In this document: positions 12,001 to 22,208 of the stretch, one piece after another | Layout of the letters: each line of letters starts with the position of its first letter | Position numbering within the stretch: the first letter of the stretch is position 1 | Source: Hydrolagus colliei | Lineage: Eukaryota | DNA length: 64,000 nucleotides | Direction of reading: 5' to 3' | Assembly: GCA_035084275.1 (NCBI GenBank) | Contig: CM068743.1 | Location: 23,498,001-23,562,000, forward strand | Notes under the pieces: generated by a model | The model's database searches: none | What the model was told of the DNA's origin: nothing | The model's input: the letters and a program-made list of their open reading frames with translations, nothing else | Translations under genes and position numbers: made by a program

Positions 12001-12289
12001 TATTATAATACCTTATCATGCCATCAAGATGTCTAAAAGCGCTTCACAGGTTACACTTTCTTTTGTTGGTAAAACACAGCAGTCAATTTGTACATAGCGA
12101 TGTCCCTGAAACTGAGTAATCATTTTTTTATTTGGTGGATTGTTGGCTGGAAGAAACTCCCTTCACTTTTCGAATAGTGCCATGGAATCTTTAACATCCA
12201 CCTGAAAAGGCAGACTCATCTGAAGGACAGTACCCCCAATGATGCAACCGATCACGCACTATACCAAATGCTAAATTATTGTAATTATA

Positions 12290-12490
12290 CACCAGCAGCA
12301 TTGGTACTCGGCCCAAATAGTTGAGAACAGGCAGGTTGCTAATCTCTAGATTACTATGTGCCTGCCTGTTTTGGCAGATGTGCACCCTCAAAGCAGGAGA
12401 AAGCTTGACCTCCCTTTACTCCCCTCCAAGGAGCAGATTTGCTTAATACCTCAGAATGGAGAAAGGTTGGGTGGACCCACAAGCATTCGA
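12290..12490 (-). repeat. Old interspersed repeat, probable third SINE family (copy 1)
   Basis: About 200 bp similar to 14030-14257, e.g. ggagcagatttgc..aatggagaaaggttgggtggacccac. Confidence 0.65.
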
Positions 12491-12749
12491 GAGTGGCCGA
12501 TGACTCCCACCTGCCATTTTTAGCTTGTGATAGAATTACTCAGTGAAAGCAAACAGATGAGATTCTCTTAGTTGTCTAACTTTTTTACTCCTCCATCTTC
12601 ATAATTGTCAGTATCATCTCATGGCCCAGGAAGTGTGTTGGAAACCCTATCCAGACATTTATTCACTATAGAAAATAAGTCCCTCTTACACCCTTAGATC
12701 ACACTCCATGACACAAACTCAAAATGTAAACCTAGTGAAAGGTGAAGCT

Positions 12750-13161
12750 ACAACAACAACAACAAAATTACAGTTGTATAGCGCCTTTCACGTCAGGAGG
12801 ACGTTCTAAGGATCTGGACAGTCATTGTTTCAGACCCGAGCTGGGGTCAGGAATGGGGAAGGTGGAGGGAAAGTAGGGAATTGGGGTGACCAATGGGACT
12901 ATTGAAGAGGAGGGTCTTGAGGAGGGACTTGAAAGAGGCCAGGGAGGGGACAAGGCAGAGGGACGGCATGATGGAGTTCCAGAGGTTAGGGGTAGAGTGG
13001 CTGAAGGCTCGTCTGCCAATGGGTCGAGTGGGACGGGGGAAGTGGAGCAGGCTGAAACCTGCTGAGCAGAGGCAGCAGATTGGTATGGGGTTAGGAGGTC
13101 ACAGATGTAGTGCGGGGTAAGGCCATAGAGGGCTTTGAATGTGCGGACCAGGATCTTGAAT
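12750..13161 (-). mobile_element. L2 3' fragment, subfamily B
   Basis: (caa)n tail; minus ORF FKILVRTFKALYGLTPHYICDLL. Confidence 0.9.
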
Positions 13162-13394
13162 GCTGTGCAAAATATCTTTCCTAGAAGATGTAAAAGATTT
13201 GCAAAATGTCCCGACTTGGATTGCAATTCAAAAGAGTTAGGGCTTGATACAAGAGCAGCTGTGGTCTACACAGTGCACTGACAAAGAAGGTTTCAAGGTC
13301 AATGGGGAATCATCATAGTTACCTACAAGCCGATGTTTCAGTTCTTACAAATTCATTGTTATATAAAAAAAACACTTTTTATGGTCTTCTTCGT

Positions 13395-13704
13395 GGAATC
13401 CTGTAACTTCGTGGTTAGAGCACTTGCCTTACAAGAAAAGAGACTTGGTTCAAATCCAGGCCAGAGCGAAACCTTGTGCAAGTTTCCTTACTCCACACAC
13501 CTGATAATAATCCCTCGAACAAAAAACAATAATAAATTGGACATTTCAATTCGCGACTGTTTGTGGGACATGGCTGTGCTCAATTGGCTGCCACGTTTAC
13601 CCCACAAATGTAGTCAATTCACTTTACTGTCAATTCTGTGAAGCGCTTTGAGACGTCTAGAAGATGTGAAAAGCACTATACCAAATGCAAGGATTATTAT
13701 TATT
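13395..13704 (+). mobile_element. tRNA-derived SINE, short form
   Basis: Head gtggttagagcacttgccttacaag, body gactgtttgtgggac, tail aaatgcaaggattattattatt. Confidence 0.9.
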
Positions 13705-14029
13705 TTGTTTTCCTCCTACAACATTCACATAAAACTAACAGTATCTCATCAGCTCCTAAGAGCACAGATTGGTGAGTTGATACTGTTGAATAAGAGAAAC
13801 GAGTTTCTCCCTGTGTCCCAGCCCCAAATCCCTTGGATAAAAAGTGGCCATTTATTTTTCGTGGGACATTGCCTCACCCAAAATGGCTGTCATGTTCACT
13901 TGTGAAAAAAAATACAATCACTGTATTCTACATAAAAATCCTGTGAGGCACTTTCAGATATTTTGATAATGTGATAAGGCACTATATCAAATTAAAAATT
14001 ATTATAATTGTATGTATTTATACAGCTTG

Positions 14030-14257
14030 CAGCATCCATGCTGTGGCCAGCAGTTGAGGACAGGCAAGTTGTTATTCTATGGATAACTGTGTGCCTGCTT
14101 GACTTTGGTAGATGTGCACCCTTGGAGCCAGAAAGAGATTGACCTTAATTTACTCCCTTCCGAGGAGCAGATTTGCCTCATATCTCGAAATGGAGAAAGG
14201 TTGAGTGGACCCACCAGCATTCAAGTTTTCTAATCTAATGCTCAACCAGCTGAGCTC
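14030..14257 (-). repeat. Old interspersed repeat, probable third SINE family (copy 2)
   Basis: Similar to 12290-12490; the minus strand begins with A-box-like agctcagctggttgagca. Confidence 0.65.
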
Positions 14258-14630
14258 CCTTAGATCTTTCCCCGGGGGGGATATGGGGGTGGATGGGAGG
14301 ATGGATTAAATTCTGCTTGTTAAGGAACTCCCAACATATGTAGCGAATTGGTGATGGTTCTAGCACCAATTCTTTTTTTCACTTCTGAATATGTTCTGAA
14401 TATGTTGGTTCTATAGCCTTGATTTTATTTCAATGTAATTTTCCCCAATTTTATTTCCTCTTCCTGATATCTTGACTGTGGTAAATCAAAGCAGGATACC
14501 ATTTTACCTTCCCTCCCCCCCACCACCACTCCTATTCCCATATGGAAATGCCACATACTCAACTCATTGCCTCCTGTACTCCGTCCCCCGACTCAAAAGT
14601 CAATGTGTCCAGAAACACTGGCACAGGTAT

Positions 14631-14950
14631 GGATTCTTGGAGCTCAGCGGTTAGAGCACTCGCCATGCAAATGATAGCACCTGGGGTCAACTCCCAGGCA
14701 GGGCGAAAAGTTAGGTAAGTTTACGTACCTCACATACTTTGTTTAGCAGTAAATAGGAACATGATTGTTAATACGATTGGCGGATCACTTTCTGGGGTAA
14801 TATTCATGGTCACTCAATCCGCAAACATGTATGTGGGACACTGCTGTGTGCAATTAGCTGCTGTGTTACTCTCCAATAATCTACACTCAATTCAATTACA
14901 GTATATGCATTGCAACAACATAAGGAGCTATATCAAATGCAAGCGTTCTT
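14631..14950 (+). mobile_element. tRNA-derived SINE, long form, diverged
   Basis: agctcagcggttagagcactcgcc head; gcagtaaataggaac..gattggcggatcacttt internal module. Confidence 0.8.
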
Positions 14951-15561
14951 ATCATATATAATAGTTAACATAACTCCCCGACCAGGTTTACTTAATCCAC
15001 ATTATAATGCTCACAATAAATATTGTCACAATCCTCCCAATGAGATTATTACAAATAACAAGGACTTCTACCCTATCGATTATATTAGTTTGCAAAAACT
15101 GCTAAACAATGAATTCATCTTTTGAATTAAGTCTTGCCTCACTGTGGTCATAATAATACATTTCTGTCAGTTTGTAATCCCAAGTGTTCTTGAGAGTTGG
15201 TGAACTGTGTTAGATGGTGTTCCCCATGGTCTTTCAACCATGAATAAACTTGATGGCAGCGATGTGTAGATACCGGAGCCAGTTGAGCCCAATGCTTCAC
15301 CTGCCCCCCCCCCTCTCCCCCCTCCCACCACCACTCTGTATTGCTTGCTAAAGAGGCAAACACGGATTAATGAACCACCTAGCTGCTACAGATAATAAGA
15401 GAACCATCTTAGACTTTTCACCTTGTTAAGTGCCACTGTTGTGAATTGCAAATGTCACCTGCTCTTCAGTGGAGTCAGTGCTGTCCTTATTACAGTGTAA
15501 TGTGAAGTCTGGCCAGACTGTGCCTTTCCTATCAGAGCTACATGCATTGAATTATAACTCA

Positions 15562-15851
15562 TTCCTCTGGGTCTGGCCTCCTCCATGTCCCCCGAGTCCT
15601 CCGCTCCACCCTCAGCAGCCGTGCCTTTAGCCACTATGCCCTGAGGCTCTGGAACTCCCTTCCTCACTCGCTTTGCCTCGCCCCCTCTCTTCCCAGTTTC
15701 AGATCACAGTTGAAGACCTTTCTCTTCGACCGAGTGTTTGGTCACCTTCCTGCCCCTGCTCCTGGCTCGGTCCCCGGATCCGCTACTGTGAAGCGCTCTG
15801 AAACGCCGTCTGGCATGGAGGGCGCTATATAAATCAAAGTTGTTGTTGTTG
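15562..15851 (+). mobile_element. L2 3' fragment, subfamily A
   Basis: Highly similar to 8125-8417, with (gtt)n tail. Confidence 0.9.
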
Positions 15852-18062
15852 AATAATATGTTTTACTTTGAGCTGTCATTGCCAGTTTGTCATAAGCAGT
15901 AAAGGGCCACAAAGTGTTTTAGCTAGACATTGGGTCAGTTTTGAAGACGCCCTGAATCTAAATACAATCAACTTAATGGTTTGGAAACGGAGTAAAATGT
16001 GGGTGTGATGTTTGATAAAGTTTTCTGCTTTAGTACACTACATTAATGGGAGACCATACTATACCAGGCTGATGGTAGACTGTATGAAACTCTAATAGTG
16101 GACTGGACTACACCATGTTAACCTTTGCAATGTTCTCTTGACTTGAAAGGCGCAATACAACAACAACTTGCACTTATGTAGCTTCCTCTATGCCGGGTAG
16201 CTTCTCAGAACGCTTAACAGCGGTGGAGTCCAAGCAGATGGAGGGTGGGGGGGTGGCGATGGGGTGGGCTGTGACCATAAACACGATTGAAAAGCAAAGT
16301 TTTCAGATGGAAGAGAGGGGACAAGGTGGGGGGGATTGAGGGAGAATGTCCCTCTCCCTCAAATGTTCAAATGTAATTTATTGTTAATTATGGTAAACTG
16401 TACTGCATCATGTTAATGGTGGACTGGACTTCAGTGTACGGTTCTGCACTTCAGTGTCCTATAGCTTGCTGTACCTCATTGTGTTTGGTATGTTTTACGG
16501 TAATGTATTGTGCTGTCGTGTGGTGTCTTGTTCTGTGGTGTGTTGTACCGTGCTGTGATGTGCTTTGTTAAATGCCAGCAGACATTTCTTCAGACTTCTG
16601 ATTTATTTTGACTAAATCACCAGTCTCACCAGGGGATCCAGAGGGAAAATAAAGATTGGGGTAAAATAGTTTCACTTTGCATTTGTCCCATATATACCTG
16701 ACCAGGGAAGGCCTGAAATTTAGTCTATCTTAGATAATAAGACTATTTTGTCTTAAGTTTGAAGATTGCATAGTTTTGTGAAAAACATTACATTTGGTCT
16801 TAAATTAGAAACAGGTTGTTTTTTTTAGCAACTGTGGTAAAATAATTTTCAGTTTAAGACTGAATTTAAGAGTTTTGCACAGTTCTACACAATCTAAAAA
16901 TTCAATACAAAATTATTATTGGCTGAGACTTTTCAGGCCTGAAGTGCTCGGTCCTGGCTCCGATATCCCATTGCTCAACATCGACATCTCTTATTCTGAC
17001 AACCACGAACATCCCCCTAGAACAGGGATAGAAATGAGTGGCAAGATCATTAAAATTGTGTCACATTGAAAATGCTGGTGTCATCAACATAATTCTCATG
17101 TAAATGTAGATACCAGCTGTAACGTCTAATTGTCCAAAACATGATACTTGATACTTTGGAAAGTGCTGTTTCTGTCCTTGCTAAGATTGTGTTTATTCAC
17201 TGATTCCATGGCTCATTTCAGACCAAAGAGGTCAATGTGTGGCATCGGTGAAATCTGTCTTAGTCTGTACGTTCAAAATGAATCCCTGCTTAAGAGTTTA
17301 ATAGCCTGATAATTTGTCAAAAACTGTTGACTGCAACATTTCCATAGTTAGACGGATAGAAAGCCAACGGCCTGCCTTGAATCCTGGACATTCATTAATA
17401 ACGTTTCCCGTGCTGTAATCCTGAAGCGACTCTTGTGTGAGTTTCCAATGCTTTCAACCACTCTCTAATCCCCCATCCTTCTTCACCCCTTCGCAATCCC
17501 CACATATTCATCCCACTTCACAAATGTTGTTTCTCTTGAAGATTCTGATGAGTCTTAAGAAGACCAGAATCTCCTCAGGTTGTTTTTGACTTTTATTCCT
17601 GACTGACAGCCCTTGTTTGCAGATGAGAATTGCTATCTATTTTACCAGTTTAACCAGGCAAGTTTGAACCCTTAACAATGCACAGATTTTCCAAGATAAT
17701 TTGGCCTCACATGTAGAGCTTTGAAGTTGAAAACAGCCCAAAGCTAGAGTTTGCTCACTATCCAATAAAGTACTTTATTGGAAACCTTTTCTGTATACTT
17801 GGCCTATGCTGGAGCTGAGCTATTTAACTGTTGAAGCTCACTACAGTTTAGCTATTCACCAGCAGCTCGTATCAGAGAGAATGGTGTTTGCACCAACAAC
17901 TAACTCAGTTGAGATCAATGGAATCTTTGATACATTTATTGCCCTTGGCTCTCATCACTGAGGTCAGCAGTGTTACTGACCAGTAGAGAATGTCACCAAG
18001 ATGGTAAGATAGCTGGAGAATCACCATAATGCCTGTTATTCGCTAAATGATATTACAGTTAG

Positions 18063-18475
18063 ATAATAATAATCCTTGCATTTGATATAGTGCTTTTCAA
18101 GTGTTCTAGATTCTAGATGTAAGAGCTCTGAGACGCCGTCCAGCGTGGAGGGCGCTATATAAATCAAAGTTGTTGTTGTTGTCTCAAAGTGCTTCACGGA
18201 ATATACTGTAAAGTGAATTGACTGTATATTTGTGGGCGAAACGCAGCAGCCAATTTCACACAGCAGTCAAGGATTAGTGATCAAATTTTTTTTAAAAGGG
18301 TTTATTAGGCCCAGAAAAGTGATCTGCCAATCGCCTAACAACCAGTACCTACTGGCTCCCCGGTAAACAGGGGCATGTGGAGTAAGGAAACTTGCCAAAC
18401 GCTGCACCCTGCCAGGAATCGAACCCAGGTCTTTCGCTTGTAAAGCAAGTGCTCTAACCACTGAGCTACAGGACT
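18063..18475 (-). mobile_element. tRNA-derived SINE, long form, containing a 60-nt L2-A tail insertion (18121-18180, + strand)
   Basis: (aat)n tail, head ...aaccactgagctacaggact; insert gagctctgagacgccgtccagcgtggagggcgctatataaatcaaagttgttgttgtt. Confidence 0.88.
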
Positions 18476-19922
18476 AGACAGATAACATAAAATGCATGAA
18501 ATTATGAATTATCGATATTCTGCAAGATCATGATTTGAAGACTAGTTAATGGTTTGTGTTAGGACTGAAGTCAGCAATAAACATGGTACAGCAGTACAAA
18601 GAGTGCAAAGTCAGTAGCAAGTAAGTGGCCAACAATAGGCTAAAATTTATTCCTGTCGACAATCAACAACAGTATTAATTAGCACCGCTCTTTCCTGTGT
18701 TTAGTCTTAAGCGCTCCAAGACGCTACCCCACAGGAAGGGTGCTATATAAATGGGTTGTTGTTGAAATAAAACCGCAAGATTCCTATGATACTAAATGAG
18801 CACTTGGTAGCAGCACCCATTCCCATAGTGTTGGCTCCCACATACTCACTGCCAAAGTTTTTGATTTTTTTTGATACTGCCACAAATGTACAGTTGGCTT
18901 TCCTGCTCTCCTTCCCCCTGCCCCGACCCCTCCCCTTGCCATCTTTCCCCTAATCCCCCTTTTTCCCCTAATCCCACTTCCATGATTGTTTTTGGAACAC
19001 TGCTGTGCGCAATTTGGCTGCCGCATTTCGCCCACAAATATGCAGTCAATTTTCCTACTCTTTATCCTGCCCTGACCCCTCCCCACTGCCCTTGCCCACG
19101 CCTAACTGTACAGTGCCTTGGGACATCGTCTCAACGTGAAAGGCGCTATATAAATGTAAGGTTGGTTGATTGATTGATTGATTGCATATGCAAGGGTAGT
19201 CTCTTATTGAGTGTTATTCTGATTGAGTTTGATGTTCTTAGCTATGCCAAAGGCTCTCAGTCCAGGATGACATTCCAATGGAGGACTGGGGGAAGTACTA
19301 CTTCATTAGATGTATTGTCTTTCGGATGAGACTTTAAACAACAGCAACAAATTATATTTACATAGAACCTTTTACAGCTGGAGGATGGGAAATTTTTAAA
19401 CACAAGTGTATGTATAAGATCACTTTTCACTGTTTGAAAAGGGATGTGTGTTTCCCCCAGTATCCTGGCCAACAAACCCAATACTGATTTTAAAACGAGA
19501 TTAATCACCACATGGCTGTTTGTACGACCTTGCTGGTCATTATAATCCTTGCATTTGATATAGCGCCTTATCACGTCTTTGAGATGAGGCCAAAATGCAG
19601 TCTCTTTTGCCCTTAGACGAGTTGCTACATTTTATAGTGACGACTTTGAGAACGTTCATTTGAGTTACCATACGTTTTTCTCTAAAATGCACCTTTGGGA
19701 GTATTACTTGGAAGCCAATAGTCTAAGCAAATTTATAACAAAATGAGAGAGCTATCGGTGAAGAAATTAATTTGAGGGGGCTGAGAAATCATCAGCTCTC
19801 CAAGCCAGTATACAACATGAAGGTGCAAAATAAATAGAAATACACGTTGTTGAGAGAGGGTAGTGTAGGATTTTGTTTGGGTTTGGGCCTGGTTAGCTGA
19901 ACTGCAATGGTGTATGGATGTA

Positions 19923-20118
19923 TAGTAAAAGCCCGTTTATCCGGCACCCTCGGGACTTGGCCAATGTCGGTTAAATATTCGGCCGAAAACACCCCATTTT
20001 TACAAAATAATACATTGTGCCGGATAAATTCCGGTTAATCGAATGGGGACTTTTTTTTGCGGTGCAGGTTATACGGAAGTTACAGTTGATCGAGTCACAG
20101 ATAATCGGGCTTTTACTG
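19923..20118. mobile_element. Tigger/pogo-like (Tc1/mariner superfamily) MITE
   Basis: TA flanks; terminal inverted repeats (t)agtaaaagcccgtttatc / gataatcgggcttttactg; same family as 45628-45838. Confidence 0.85.
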
Positions 20119-21935
20119 TACCTTCTCTCCATTCAGATTTTCCGGAAATGTTGCTGGCTGTCTCTGAATTAATGAACAAGATTAATGAACTAACCTTTGT
20201 TTATTGAGTCATATTTGGGAATAGAGTTACAAAATGAATAGCATCTTTAATATAAATGCATTCATGGCTCATCATTGATTTAGAAAACAATATCCATGGG
20301 AGTAGATAATTGTAACTTCATGAATGTTTGATCCACAAAAAAAATGTTCTGGGAGTAGATCATCCACCCACCCATCTTCATTCTGTATCTAACTTGTTCT
20401 CTATCTCTGTATCTAATTTGCTCCATCTTAACTTGTATTCTAACTCACTCTCTTCCTAACTCAATCTACCTAACTAGTGTGGAGGCCTTAAAATTCCAGA
20501 GTTATGACTTTGGGCAACTTCACACTTATTATACAGAGCTGAACTGAAATGTCTGATAGGAACAGATTGGGAAAGGAGGGATGGGGTCCAGGGGGACAAA
20601 TTGTGATTTGTGCAAACTATGTACAGCAAGAATTATTAACCAACAATGAAGAGGATTCCAGGAGCTTGAATTCCATTTGCTCTTAATCTATAATGTTGTT
20701 TTGCCTTTTTCTAAAAAAACATTAAATGGTAAAGAATCATGGAAAATTCTTAAGCTTAGTCTTATGCGGGTACTTAAGAACTCTAAAAAACGTCTTCTAA
20801 ATTGAGTGAATTGAGGAATTTTCTGCAATTTTGTGCAGTCTTACATTTTAAGATAAAACGAGCAACTATTCTACCTTAGGGGGAGGTAAGCAGGGTCTCC
20901 TTGGAACTGAACTGGCAACAGAATATAGGAATCAAGCCAGCCTTCTGTACTGTTCTCCATAGTCCAAATGGTTCTGCAGTATTCCAGGGCACTGCTGATG
21001 GCAGCAAAGCCAACCTAGCTCATCGGTAGGCACTGAAAGAGCAGACCATTCAATGGGGGCAGGGAGTCGTCACGCCCAGCTTCTGTTAACCCTATAAGAC
21101 AAAACCCTAATTGGTAGCAGTGGAAAAGCTTCCCAGACAGCAATATCAATGGCAAGCTATGCAGTTTTAGCTGGTTAGAAATCCAGCAGTACCCCAACGC
21201 ACACACTGGGATGCATTCCTTTCCAACAATCTATCTCTGGAATTTGCATGTGTGAGTGGGATAGATGGAATTGTCAGTTTGGCTTGGATACTCTTAAGCA
21301 TGGTGATGGGTTTTCATACGTGTCATATACCCACCTGATGAAAATAAAAGACATACTGATCCTACAATCTAAGACTAGGTAGAATGCTGAGCTTCAGGTG
21401 ATTATGCATACATTTACATTGTTTAAATATATAAATAGGTGCACTTGGCAAATTAGACCCCATAAAGATTTTAACACAGCCATTGTCTGACTAACCCACA
21501 ATGGCTGGCAGTCCACATTCCTGTGACGTGAGCTTCGGACAGCTGTACGTTTTCACCTACCTACAGTCGTACTCCCACTTCCCAGGCAACACATAGGTCA
21601 AAAGCATGTTTGACAACCTCCCTGAGATCCCCAGAGAGATCTCTCTCTGTCCCGGGCAGGGGTTAAGGTAAGAGTAAGGGTGCAAAGCTGTCCCATTAAA
21701 AATGTTTTAAAAGTAAGTCTGTTCCTTTAAAAGTATCATGTGAAAGCTATGTGTGTTGTTTGTTGTTTGCAATGTATGTGTGTAATATTCTGTGTGATTC
21801 TGACAGTGATTTTGTTCCTCTCAAACCCCTGTATTTGTGTGTGTGTGTTTGTGATGTTCCTCTGCCTAGACCTGGTAAACCATTTCTGTGAGCAGGTCCT
21901 CAGTTTTTTGCTTTGTCCCTACTTTCCTACTGTAG

Positions 21936-22185
21936 CCCCGTCCTCCCCTGCTGTTGACTCCGTACCCTTGCAGCGCACAGGCAGCCAGCACGCAGGCCAG
22001 AGCACAGCCACTTACCAGAGATCCAGCTATGCCACGGGGCCAGTGGGGAATTACGGAGATCCTTACCGGACACTTCAGTATTGCCCTTCAGTGGACTCGC
22101 CGTACAGCAAATCTGGGCCAGCTATCCCACCCGAGGCTACCTTGGCAAGGTCACCTTCCATCGACAGCATTCAGAAGGATCCCAG
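21936..22185 (+). CDS. CTNND2: CTNND2 internal coding exon, 250 nt, about human exon 9
   Basis: Acceptor ctttcctactgtAG (21934-35) and donor cccag|GTgagt (22186). Translates [55 protein letters not shown]. Phase 1-2, in frame with both neighbouring exons. Confidence 0.97.
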
Positions 22186-22202
22186 GTGAGTGCTCCATAA
22201 AT

Positions 22203-22208
22203 TGCATG
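22203..22208 (+). promoter_or_regulatory. TGCATG (RBFOX-type) motif 17 nt into the intron after the 250-nt exon
   Basis: Exact hexamer in the position typical of RBFOX splicing enhancers; function not shown. Confidence 0.4.

Noticed and set aside
17540-17572. CTGATGA followed by stem GTCTT-aag-AAGAC as a hammerhead ribozyme
   Set aside because: No GAAA after the stem; it is only a small hairpin (agattctg/cagaatct).
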